From: Candidatus Thorarchaeota archaeon
GTDB lineage: Archaea > Asgardarchaeota > Thorarchaeia > Thorarchaeales > Thorarchaeaceae
DNA: 64,000 nucleotides
Direction: 5' to 3'
NCBI GenBank assembly: GCA_011364985.1
Contig: RDOC01000005.1
Span: forward strand, 42,052-106,051
Within the stretch, counting starts at the first letter, position 1. Each line of letters starts with the position of its first letter. The notes beneath the pieces are model-generated. The model was not told the DNA's origin, ran no database searches, and saw only the letters and a program-made list of their open reading frames with translations. This document shows, piece by piece, positions 30,499 to 39,870 of the stretch. Made by a program: the position numbers and the translations under genes.

Positions 30499-30923
30499 AA
30501 AAAACAGAAATGACAAGATACTTTGACCTGTCAATTGGGCAGTATGCTGAAGTAGTTCACACAGTAACTGAGGAAGACATCAAGGTATTCGGGGACCTGA
30601 GTGGAGATTACAACCCCTTGCACTTCAATGAGAATTGGGCGCGGACAACGATGTTCAAGGGAAGAATCGCCCATGGCATATTGACCGCAGCCTATATCAG
30701 TGCTGCAATTGGGATGAAACTGCCGGGTCCCGGTACGATATATCTTAGCCAGAGCATGAAATTCCTTTATCCAGTACGGATTGGGGACACAATCACTGCT
30801 CGAGTAGAAATCATTGCTTTGAATGATGAAAAGCAGCAGGTGACTTTGAAGACTATATGTACAAACCAGAATCTGAATGTCGTCCTCGATGGAGAGGCAT
30901 TGATTATGCTTATGAGGCAGTAA
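30495..30923 (+). CDS. MaoC-family (R)-specific enoyl-CoA hydratase (PhaJ-like)
   Basis: SGDYNPLH...FKGRIAHG...LPGPGTIYLSQ...PVRIGD; ATGA overlap with the upstream stop. Confidence 0.93.
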   Translation: MKKTEMTRYFDLSIGQYAEVVHTVTEEDIKVFGDLSGDYNPLHFNENWARTTMFKGRIAHGILTAAYISAAIGMKLPGPGTIYLSQSMKFLYPVRIGDTITARVEIIALNDEKQQVTLKTICTNQNLNVVLDGEALIMLMRQ

Positions 30924-31024
30924 ACTGCTGCAAATGCCCAGTGTGGTACAATCTGAAGCATCCAAATCAGTACCAAAACGCACAACAGCAACAGACAGAT
31001 GAAGCAGTATGGAGATTTGACAAC

Positions 31025-31630
31025 TTGGAAGTGGTGAAAAAGATTGCTTATTTTGCTGAGCGTCATATGATCAGTGAGACCAGAAGTGCCCACGAATTTG
31101 AGCACGTTAAACGAGTATATGGTATCGCGATGAGCATTGGAAACAAGATTGGTGCAGATCTCAAAATATTGAGTGCTGCTGCCCTCTTACATGACATAGG
31201 AAGGTCAAAGGAGGAGAAGTACGGAATTTCTCATTCAATCCTTTCAGGTGAGATGAGTGAAGAGATACTTCGTAACGTGGGATATGACGATGATGAGATA
31301 GCGCGCGTAAAGACAGTGATTAGAACTCATAGGTATAGTGAGGACCTTCATCCCACATCACTAGAAGGAGAGATTCTCAGTGATGCAGACAAGCTTGATG
31401 CATTGGGTGCCATTGGGATATTCAGAGGAATTGCCCAAGCAACTGTATGTAAATCAGGTATTGAGGGATTCCTGAAGCATTCAGATGAGAAACTGCTTAA
31501 GCTTCATGAGTTGATGCATACTGAAGAGGCCAAAGAACTGGCAGAAAGAAGACACGCCATTATCGCCAGTTTTGTAAAAGAACTCAGAAATGAATTGAAG
31601 CAAGCATCACGGATTTCTTTCCATGAGTAG
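31025..31630 (+). CDS. HD-domain phosphohydrolase
   Basis: AHEFEHVKRV, AALLHDIG, SDADKLDALGAIG; start uncertain (TTG at 31025 after GGAGA). Confidence 0.88.
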   Translation: MEVVKKIAYFAERHMISETRSAHEFEHVKRVYGIAMSIGNKIGADLKILSAAALLHDIGRSKEEKYGISHSILSGEMSEEILRNVGYDDDEIARVKTVIRTHRYSEDLHPTSLEGEILSDADKLDALGAIGIFRGIAQATVCKSGIEGFLKHSDEKLLKLHELMHTEEAKELAERRHAIIASFVKELRNELKQASRISFHE

Positions 31631-32194
31631 TTCAAGATACGACTTCCGAATGGATGGTGAACCATCAAGCCCAAGTCTCTTTAAGATCGCAAAGATATCA
31701 TCTCGAGCTGATTCTATCTTAGATTCGTCAAAGACGAGTCGTTCCAGCTCCAGAAATGTACCAACATCAATCACATCATCAATGCTAATTGAAATATCAT
31801 TGATCTTGTAGAAAGATCGATTCTTGATGATTCTTGCCACCTCCTTGAATCCCAAGTGTCCAAGTAGTAGTTCGGCATTGTTCTCATCTTCAAGTCCAAT
31901 AGAGATCTCAGTTCTTGTCTTGGAGATTAAATCGAGCTTGGAACCCTTGTAGGTCATCTCTTTAAGCGGTCCAAAGTAAGGCATCTCAACATGAGCATTC
32001 GAATGCGGTGTTCTGACCCTTATTCGAAGCGCTTCATCTGTTTCCGAAAAAGACTTGCAGGGATGGTCATAGTAGGTGTCTATTTGCCTCTCCACGTTGG
32101 TCTTCCGAGCACCAATATCAGCCAAGGCGAGTCTGATTTTCTCAGGGTCATCAATAGCTATTTTCACTTCTACTTCAACAGGTAGTTGGCTCAT
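31607..32194 (-). CDS. cyaB: CYTH-domain protein (class IV adenylate cyclase/CyaB-like)
   Basis: EVEVK, QIDTYY, DEALRIR, GTFLELE, RKSYLELL. Confidence 0.88.
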   Translation of the reverse strand: MSQLPVEVEVKIAIDDPEKIRLALADIGARKTNVERQIDTYYDHPCKSFSETDEALRIRVRTPHSNAHVEMPYFGPLKEMTYKGSKLDLISKTRTEISIGLEDENNAELLLGHLGFKEVARIIKNRSFYKINDISISIDDVIDVGTFLELERLVFDESKIESARDDIFAILKRLGLDGSPSIRKSYLELLMERNP

Positions 32195-32309
32195 CTGAGT
32201 AGCGCCCCTAAGTTATCGTCAATACAACGTTCAAGTTAGGTCTTTTCTTTATTTCCGAAGGATTTTGAAGAGCCACAATTCACATAACAGCTAGCAATTC
32301 ATTGGTACA

Positions 32310-33569
32310 GTGTGCGTCAAGGTGTCACGAGTAAAGTCTTTCAAATGTGCAAAATGCCAAAACGAATATACTGAGGATACTGTACCACCAAATGATGGAT
32401 GTGGAGGGCGGATTGATATCGAGTTTGACTTGGAGGTTGCCAAGGAGCACTTCAGCAGAGAAAGCCTAGAGAGAAGCAGGGGAGGCCTCTGGAAGTACTT
32501 CGAGTTGATGCCCCTCAGACGTCGCCGCAACATTGTGACTCTTGGAGAAGGAAACACGCCCTTAATCAAGACCGCAGCCCTCGGTCAAGAGATGGGTCTG
32601 AAGGACTTATACTTGAAGTTAGAGACCATGTGCCCATCCGGCTCTTTCAAAGACCGTCCAATTTGTGTGGGCGTTAGTCGAGCGAGTGAAGATGGTGCAA
32701 AAACCGTTGTAGCAGCTTCTTCAGGAAATGCAGCAGCTTCGATGTCGACCTACGCAGCAAGAGCTGGTTTGAGAGCTGTGGTGTTCGTTCCTGACGATGC
32801 TCCGTCGGAAAAGCTAATTCATCTAAGGACACTTGGAGCAGAGGTATTTAGGATTAAGAAAGCCACTAGGGGTATTGACTCCACTACAACCCTGCTACAA
32901 GCAGCCTGTGAAAAGCTCGGATGGACACCCACACCATCTTTCGGCCCATTCAACTGCTTCCAGTTTGAAGGTACAAAATCACTTGGCTATGAGATAGCAG
33001 AGCAGAGGAACTGGAGTGTCCCCAACTGGATCCTCTTTCCCACTGGTAGCGGAGGGCTTATGGCAGGCTCCATGAAGGGGTTGTGGGAGTTCCGGGAGAT
33101 GGGTCTTATAGATAGTCTTCCGAAGGGAGTGGTTGTTCAACCTGATGGTTGCTCCCCAATTGTAAGGGCTTTCAAGGAAGGCCACGACCCGTTAGATATT
33201 CAACCTTGGGACTCGAATGAAACCGTTGCAGGAGGTCTAGCGGATCCGTTCCCGTGGGATGGCGACGCATCGTTGAAGTATCTTCGATTGTCCCATGGCC
33301 ACGCTGTTTCTGTACCGGACGCTGAAATCGAACGGCATCTGGTCCTTCTAGGAAAGCTGGAAGGAGTGTTTGCAGAACCAAGCGGTGTAGCAGCCTTGGC
33401 TGGTCTAAGGCAGCTCTTGGATGAAGGAATGATTGACAGGTCGGACAGCGTTGTGGTACCGATAACGGGAATAGGATTCAAAGACCTTTCAACTCCGGAC
33501 AGACTTACACCCTCAGTGAAACTGATTAGTCCTAATGTTGAGGAACTGAGGAAAGCCCTAAAGACCTGA
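32310..33569 (+). CDS. thrC: Threonine synthase (PLP-dependent)
   Basis: TLGEGNTPL, PSGSFKDR (PLP Lys), SSGNAA, PTGSGG, ITGIGFKD. Confidence 0.85.
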   Translation: MCVKVSRVKSFKCAKCQNEYTEDTVPPNDGCGGRIDIEFDLEVAKEHFSRESLERSRGGLWKYFELMPLRRRRNIVTLGEGNTPLIKTAALGQEMGLKDLYLKLETMCPSGSFKDRPICVGVSRASEDGAKTVVAASSGNAAASMSTYAARAGLRAVVFVPDDAPSEKLIHLRTLGAEVFRIKKATRGIDSTTTLLQAACEKLGWTPTPSFGPFNCFQFEGTKSLGYEIAEQRNWSVPNWILFPTGSGGLMAGSMKGLWEFREMGLIDSLPKGVVVQPDGCSPIVRAFKEGHDPLDIQPWDSNETVAGGLADPFPWDGDASLKYLRLSHGHAVSVPDAEIERHLVLLGKLEGVFAEPSGVAALAGLRQLLDEGMIDRSDSVVVPITGIGFKDLSTPDRLTPSVKLISPNVEELRKALKT

Positions 33570-33584
33570 TAGACAGGTGATCGA

Positions 33585-34556
33585 ATGTCCATCAAGGAAC
33601 ATAGACAGAAGGCGAAAGATCTCGCCAAGGAATACGGATACTTGCCGTACATGATTGAGAGATATCTAGCACTCTGGGGTCAAGATGAAACACTGGAGTT
33701 CCTCAAGGCATGTGAACGGCCAATTAGGACATCAATAAGGACAAATACGCTCAAGATAACCGTACAGGAACTGAAGGAAAGACTGGAGAAGAAAAACGTT
33801 TCATTGGAAGGTGTCCCTTGGATGAGAGAGAGCCTTTGGGCTGATTTTCGAAATGGATCTCCAGGCGCGTTCTTCGAACATATGCTTGGATTCTACTACG
33901 TGCAGAATGTACCATCGATGACAGCTAGTGCAGTGCTTGACCCCAAGCCGGGAGAAACCGTCGTTGACCTTGCAGCCGCGCCAGGCGGGAAGACCACTCA
34001 TCTTGCACAACTAATGGAGAACACTGGTATGATCTTTGCCATTGAGTATGACAGAAATAGAATTGCTAGCCTAGAGGCCAATATTCAGAGATGCGGTGTA
34101 ACCAATACGATTGTAATGAGAGGAGATGCCAAGAAGCTGGATGAATTGCGCATTGAACCGGATAAAATCATGCTTGATGCGCCCTGTTCAGGCGAAGGCC
34201 TTATTCCCTTAGACTCTAACAGAAAAACCAGCAAGTCGATGGCTGACATTCGTTTTTGTGCAACCCGAGAAGGAAACATGCTTGATGCTGCAGTCAGGTC
34301 ATTAGCCCCTGGTGGAACAATGGTCTATTCAACGTGTTCCATAGCTCCTGAAGAGAATGAATATGTTGTGGATGATATCCTGCGAAGATATTCAGAGATT
34401 AATATAGTTCCAACGGATCTTGACTTTGGAATCTCTGGATATACTGAACCTTATGGCGTTCATCTTGACAAGTCCTTATCGCTAGCAAGAAGATTTCTGC
34501 CGCATCTGCATGATTTCGAGGGATTCTTCATTTGCAGGCTAAGAAAGGATACTTAA
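33585..34556 (+). CDS. NOP2/RsmB-family RNA m5C methyltransferase
   Basis: DLAAAPGGKT, DAPCSGEG, VYSTCSIAPEENE. Confidence 0.95.
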   Translation: MSIKEHRQKAKDLAKEYGYLPYMIERYLALWGQDETLEFLKACERPIRTSIRTNTLKITVQELKERLEKKNVSLEGVPWMRESLWADFRNGSPGAFFEHMLGFYYVQNVPSMTASAVLDPKPGETVVDLAAAPGGKTTHLAQLMENTGMIFAIEYDRNRIASLEANIQRCGVTNTIVMRGDAKKLDELRIEPDKIMLDAPCSGEGLIPLDSNRKTSKSMADIRFCATREGNMLDAAVRSLAPGGTMVYSTCSIAPEENEYVVDDILRRYSEINIVPTDLDFGISGYTEPYGVHLDKSLSLARRFLPHLHDFEGFFICRLRKDT

Positions 34557-34641
34557 CTGAGTGATTTAATGAATGAAGTATTTCCCTTAAATGGAAACAA
34601 TGGTGAATCTTATATAAAGAGTGAAACGGAGTGCCAAGTAG

Positions 34642-35415
34642 TTGACCACCAGGATCGTAGATATCAATACAAAAGGGCTATCGAAGTCCTTTGGTAGCAT
34701 TGTAGCGTTGAAAGACCTCAATCTTGAAGTGAATAAGGGGAGCATCTTTGGATACCTTGGGCCAAACGGTGCAGGAAAAACAACGACTGTACGAATACTG
34801 TCTGGGCTTTTGAAAGCAAGCAGTGGCAATGCAACAGTGTGTGGTTTTAATGTGAACTCCCAGAGGGATGAGATAAAGGCTGTCACGGGATTGCTACCGG
34901 AGGCTCCAGGATTGTACTCAAAGCTATCAGCTGTGGAATTCCTAGAGTTCATAGGTGCTCTGAATGATCTCTCAGGCAGTACTCTCAAGAACAGAATAGA
35001 CCGCCTAATGGGGATTCTCGGTCTGGAAGGGAGGCAGGATGATTTACTGGAGAGCTACAGCTCGGGTATGAAGCAGAAAGTCCTAGTTGCATCGACAATA
35101 CTCCATGAACCTAGGCTTGTGTTTCTTGATGAGCCTACTTCCAGACTTGACCCTGCAGCAAGTGCGCTTGTGAAAGAACTCATTCTAGCCATGGCAAAAG
35201 AAACTGAAACCACCTTCTTCATCTGTACGCACATGACTGATTTTGCAGAAGATGTCTGCGAGATTATCGGTATTCTGAATGAGGGCATTCTGACAGCACT
35301 TGGAGCACCACAGGGGATTATAGATGATGCACAGGCAAAGGACCTTGAAGAAGCATACCTAAAGATTGTTGGAGGAGAGGTTGACAGAGAATCACTCCTA
35401 AGCTGGAGGAAATAG
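34642..35415 (+). CDS. ABC transporter ATP-binding protein
   Basis: GPNGAGKTT, YSSGMKQK, LDEPT, CTH. Confidence 0.93.
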   Translation: MTTRIVDINTKGLSKSFGSIVALKDLNLEVNKGSIFGYLGPNGAGKTTTVRILSGLLKASSGNATVCGFNVNSQRDEIKAVTGLLPEAPGLYSKLSAVEFLEFIGALNDLSGSTLKNRIDRLMGILGLEGRQDDLLESYSSGMKQKVLVASTILHEPRLVFLDEPTSRLDPAASALVKELILAMAKETETTFFICTHMTDFAEDVCEIIGILNEGILTALGAPQGIIDDAQAKDLEEAYLKIVGGEVDRESLLSWRK

Positions 35416-35640
35416 TGTGGCTAGGAAATGACTTGCCGTGGCAAAGCCGAGTTCATGGTTCAGACTACCAGATTCCGCTCCTTCAGAAAAATGATACCTG
35501 TGATATGATCGGTAGTCACTGCAATAGAAGTCGGTATCTTTGGTCTGTTATCGATAATAGTCTGAGACACATTACCAATAATCGGGCTGTTTGCTGTTGT
35601 TACTGACACATTGCGTCCGTCCCAGCTAGAGGCATGACTT
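35416..35640 (+). pseudogene. Probable decayed permease N-terminus
   Basis: One frame reads AEFMVQTTRFRSFRKMIPVI*SVVTAIEVGIFGLLSIIV*DTLPIIGLFAVV: hydrophobic, stop-interrupted, and directly behind an ABC ATPase that has no permease. Confidence 0.45.
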
Positions 35641-35690
35641 CCGACATGTCCTTAAGATACAATTCCGCTATGTTATTGAAGCTGACAGTC

Positions 35691-36227
35691 ATGCCTATTG
35701 AGATGGTAGACTCCGTAGAATGGTCTGAGATCAGTAAACTGATTGATGGCGAATTTGGGGAGGGTGTCACAAAGAAACTGCTAGGAAAACGTGTTCCAAT
35801 AACACTGCAGAAGAATGGTAAGCGTCAGTTCTTTCTTGTACCTGCAAATTGGATGAAATTACTAGAAAAGATTGACCAATTCGAAATCAGTTCTCTAGGA
35901 TTGAAAATGGGAGAATTGGTGAAAGAGAGATTTCGATTTAGTCTCCAAGCTCTTGATATCATTGCAAAGACCACAGACCACAAGGTCACCGTTTCAAGGA
36001 AAGGGGCTGAAGCCTTTACATACGGAAGAAGCATACTCAAGGAGTCCGTTCTGAATCTACAGCGTGGTCTTGAAAAAGGGAGCAGAGTTCTTGTGATTAG
36101 TGAAGAAGGCGACTGTCTTGGTGTTGGGTCATTAACTATAGATTCCAATAAACTTGGCCGCCTTTCAAAGGACAAGCTGGTTGTTAAGAACATCACTGAC
36201 GTAGGGGCGTACGTAAGAGGTGCCTAG
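35691..36227 (+). CDS. NIP7-like PUA-domain ribosome biogenesis protein
   Basis: SLGLKMG...FRFSL...AEAFTYGRSILKESV...KNITDVGAYVR; close to nop2. Confidence 0.8.
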   Translation: MPIEMVDSVEWSEISKLIDGEFGEGVTKKLLGKRVPITLQKNGKRQFFLVPANWMKLLEKIDQFEISSLGLKMGELVKERFRFSLQALDIIAKTTDHKVTVSRKGAEAFTYGRSILKESVLNLQRGLEKGSRVLVISEEGDCLGVGSLTIDSNKLGRLSKDKLVVKNITDVGAYVRGA

Positions 36228-36979
36228 ACGAACATGTCAGTCGATCTGTCAGAAGACTCGATTGATTGCCGCATCTTCTCCAGACGCTCAATCTCACGAG
36301 ACTCCTCAAGCAGCTGGTCAACATTGGCCTCTAGGCCATAGACCTCATTGATTTTCTCAAGCATTGTTGCAGCAGACTTTGGATCAGGTCGCCCACGAGC
36401 TGCGTATGTAAGAAGACCGATTGCCGCTGCATCACGCATCTCAAGCTCAGCGAGAAGCAGAGCGAGAGGCCCTGCAACGAAGAGGCCCTCTTCAAGAATA
36501 GGGACGGACCACTTGTCCAGAATCTGTCTATATGCAGTGGTGGGCACACAACGCATTTCATCATCGTCTTCCTTGAAGCTTGCATCAAGGCCGCCGAGCA
36601 GAAGCGCCTCTTCGAATTTGTTCTCTACAATCCATTCCGCAAGTCTGTCAATCCAGCCCCATTGTTCAGAACTGTGGGGTTGGAATCTTGGTACGAGGAA
36701 TACCATCCTTTGCTTCTTGTACCAGTACAGCTCAAAGGGTAGAACAAGTCGATCATTCTCCATGGAAACAAAAAGCGGCAACATATCGCTCTTGATGAAG
36801 CCTATTCTATCTGCCTCAAGAGCTCTGGCAAGATGAGCTGTACTAAGGAAGCCCACTTCACCAAGACCATGAAATCCGCAAACGAATGTTGAGCTAGGAG
36901 GAACCTTGAATCCTCCCTTTAGAATCACTTCGAATGTTGAATCTCGAGTTGCAACAAATGCCATTAGTTCATACCTCAA
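36224..36979 (-). CDS. PAC2-family proteasome assembly chaperone
   Basis: GFHGLGEVG, LLGGLD, GPLALLL, PDPKSAA; C-terminal ...MFV. Confidence 0.88.
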   Translation of the reverse strand: MRYELMAFVATRDSTFEVILKGGFKVPPSSTFVCGFHGLGEVGFLSTAHLARALEADRIGFIKSDMLPLFVSMENDRLVLPFELYWYKKQRMVFLVPRFQPHSSEQWGWIDRLAEWIVENKFEEALLLGGLDASFKEDDDEMRCVPTTAYRQILDKWSVPILEEGLFVAGPLALLLAELEMRDAAAIGLLTYAARGRPDPKSAATMLEKINEVYGLEANVDQLLEESREIERLEKMRQSIESSDRSTDMFV

Positions 36980-37563
36980 CTGTCAACAAATCGACAATAT
37001 TGTACGGTATCTGTTACTCGTGCAGAGGGCAGATTGCTTTTTACTCTATGTATAACTCACTTCTTGTGAATCACAAGAGCAAGAAACCTCCATGTTCCGA
37101 TCATCTGCTGCCAGTGTCACCACCTCTCGTATTCCATGGGATTGTGATGTCGCAGAGCAAGTAAACATGCAATATCCAACGAAGAATATGTGAGGGGTAT
37201 GAAATTGCTTTGCTAGAACATTACAGACACTTATCAATATCAGACATCTGCTAGGAACACAGGAGTAGGAGTAAATCATGTCTTCCGAAGTGACTTAGGG
37301 AAAGGACATCGAATGATCCTATGACAATGATTGGATGTGTAGAGAGCCTAATGAGGACCATCCATCAATATAGTATGTGTTTGCATAAGATAAGCTAGAG
37401 ACAGTCCCTCGTTGCACCACAAGTAAGGAAATGCCAAGCATGACAGAAAAAGAAAGGCTTTTTCGAATAAAGAGAGCTTGCTTGCAATTCTGAACGAATA
37501 ATCCAATAATAGGAAAACCTAATAGGATACGATAGCTGTTCATTGGTTATGCGCATTCAATAG

Positions 37564-39795
37564 GTGGGGATTGGAATGAGCACACTTAAGGAACTGGAGT
37601 ATGCACAGGTGTCTCCGCGGCTGCTTGAGATACTTAGGCGGCAGGGGCTTGCAAGACTCACAGAGTTCCAGTCCAATGCAATTGCGGCCGACCTGATGAG
37701 AGGAAAGAGCCAGATTCTGGTCACCTATGACTATGGTGAAGCATATCAGATTGCTGAGATTGCGCTACTGAATCGGGTGTCTTCTGACTTCAGGACCCGA
37801 GCTATAGTGCTCTGTCCAAATCCACATCAAGCAGAAAGAGCACATTATTCGCTAGGGCAGAAGTGTAGGAAACTGGGAATAGATGTCACTCTGATTACAA
37901 GAAGAAGCATAGCCACCAGAGAAAGCCTGAAAACAGGACGGGTCACTATTGCTACCTATAGATCTCTTGACATCGCTTTGAGAACAAATCCGGATATTGT
38001 TGAAGGCGTTGAATTCGTTCTAATCGATCGACTCGACCTTATAGGCCAGCCACGCCTTGGAGGAAGGCTGGAATCGGTATTAGTTGCGTTAATGGGAGAA
38101 GATAGGGCAGTACAGTACACAGCGATATGTCCGCCCGTAGCAGACATTGAAGACCTTGGAATCTGGCTCGGGGCTCAAATCATTGAGGACAAGAAGGCAG
38201 ATGTGAAGAGAATATTCAGCGTCAAGGCCTTCGATACAGCCTCTGAATCACTCACCGAGCTGACAGAGTTTGTGCATTATAGACGCGGTCAGGTGATGAT
38301 ACTCTGTGGGAATAACGAAAGCGCTGAATCTCTTGCTTTTCAACTCGCGGGCCTGTCTGAAACAAAAGAGAGCACTTCACTTGATCTCAGACTGAGCCCA
38401 GAACATCGTGATGATTTGCGGGATTTGTCTAGAGAGATAGTCAAATTCTATCCGGATTGTGAGCAGACCAAGTTGCTTGCTAGGCTTGTATTAAGAGGAA
38501 TAGCATTCTTCCACGAAGGCGTTTCCAAGTCACAGAGAAGGCAGCTCTCGGATGCTTGGGAGAAAGAGCTGTTGCCAGTGATTGTAATGCCCACTCGTTT
38601 CACAATTGCCAGTGGATTCAGAGCGACAGTTGTTTTACTTATTGGGGTGTTCATGCAGGAGTTCGGAGAGGAATTATCAGGGGAGGATGGAGTAACGATG
38701 TTATCTGAGTGGCAGCTTTGTGAGGTGCTTCATTCAGCAGGAAGGCGTGGCTTAGACAATGAGGGTTTCGGAATCGTGGTTGTTGATAAGGAATCCGAAC
38801 GAGAAAGGGTCTTGGCAAAGTACTTTTCCCAAGATACAGATCGAAACATTAGACCTCGTCTGAGTGAAGTCGACAGCGTCATGGACAATCCTGATAATAT
38901 CCAAGATCTTGTGCTCGGGCGTCTTTGCGGAGGCTCGGAAGAGAATCAAGACCCCTTTTCAATTGTCAATCGTACTTTTTGGGCATCAGCCCATCGGGTT
39001 GTAGATGTTTCAAAAGAAAATGCGGGAAAGGTCGATGAATCACTGGTTGATAGCTACATTTCAATGAGGACGACAAAGTCGACAGAGAATAGAGCAGAAG
39101 AGATACCTGATGAGAGTGTTAGGCTAGTATCGGTCAGCCCTGTAAAGATAGAAGGACTTGTTCGCAGCGGCAGTCGTGAAATATGGCATTATGTTTCACT
39201 GAAGTCAACAGACGGAGTAGCCTGCTCATGCGAATCTTGGAAGTATCAAGGAATACGAAGACATCGGCTTTGTAAACATCTTGTGAAGTTCGCCAGATAC
39301 TCACTTCGCGACAAGAAGACAAGACAGTATGCGGCTGGAGTTGTCACTCAGTCCTTAAGAAGTCTTGAGCTTCTGGGAGATCTGGAATCTGAAGGCCTGA
39401 TTCGTAGAGCGGGCAAAGAAGTGTTTTGTACAGACCTAGGCAGAGATGTGACATACCTTGGCGTTCCCGTTCGAGACGCCCGAAGCATCATCAAGGAGAT
39501 TGAAAGTGGAAAAGGAGATCTCAAAGCTGTGCTGCTTAGAGCCACTGCAGCGCGGTCAGGAATACCCAAGAGCCTAATATCACGAGTCTTGGAAAGACTA
39601 CCTACGAAAAGCATGAACGTACTCATCGGTCATCGCGATGACTTGCCGGGAATTGTTGAGAATTGCCTTGAAGAGATTGATTATGTTATTGCTATCATTC
39701 TCAAACTTACAGAAAACAAGAGGCACGGACAAATTCGGAGAGAGGCTCAAGACTTGGGTAGGAATCTTGCTATGCTTATTGAGTCCAGCAGGTAA
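37564..39795 (+). CDS. Hel308/Ski2-like SF2 helicase homolog with degenerate ATPase motifs and a SWIM Zn finger
   Basis: Q-motif LTEFQ, GIAFFHEG and AGRRGLD are retained. Walker A and B are replaced by TYDYGEAY and IDRLD. SWIM motif CSCESWKYQGIRRHRLCKH. Confidence 0.8.
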   Translation: MGIGMSTLKELEYAQVSPRLLEILRRQGLARLTEFQSNAIAADLMRGKSQILVTYDYGEAYQIAEIALLNRVSSDFRTRAIVLCPNPHQAERAHYSLGQKCRKLGIDVTLITRRSIATRESLKTGRVTIATYRSLDIALRTNPDIVEGVEFVLIDRLDLIGQPRLGGRLESVLVALMGEDRAVQYTAICPPVADIEDLGIWLGAQIIEDKKADVKRIFSVKAFDTASESLTELTEFVHYRRGQVMILCGNNESAESLAFQLAGLSETKESTSLDLRLSPEHRDDLRDLSREIVKFYPDCEQTKLLARLVLRGIAFFHEGVSKSQRRQLSDAWEKELLPVIVMPTRFTIASGFRATVVLLIGVFMQEFGEELSGEDGVTMLSEWQLCEVLHSAGRRGLDNEGFGIVVVDKESERERVLAKYFSQDTDRNIRPRLSEVDSVMDNPDNIQDLVLGRLCGGSEENQDPFSIVNRTFWASAHRVVDVSKENAGKVDESLVDSYISMRTTKSTENRAEEIPDESVRLVSVSPVKIEGLVRSGSREIWHYVSLKSTDGVACSCESWKYQGIRRHRLCKHLVKFARYSLRDKKTRQYAAGVVTQSLRSLELLGDLESEGLIRRAGKEVFCTDLGRDVTYLGVPVRDARSIIKEIESGKGDLKAVLLRATAARSGIPKSLISRVLERLPTKSMNVLIGHRDDLPGIVENCLEEIDYVIAIILKLTENKRHGQIRREAQDLGRNLAMLIESSR

Positions 39796-39870
39796 GCTTT
39801 TTACGGGCATCTAATGGTCGAGGCCTATGTTCAGGACATCTTGCATGTCCCTTTCTGCGGTGATGTATTC

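Noticed and set aside
36980-37560. 580-bp gap with short ORFs (37046-37279, 37319-37543)
   Set aside because: It may be a decayed membrane-protein gene, but I cannot recognise a family or structure, so I made no call.
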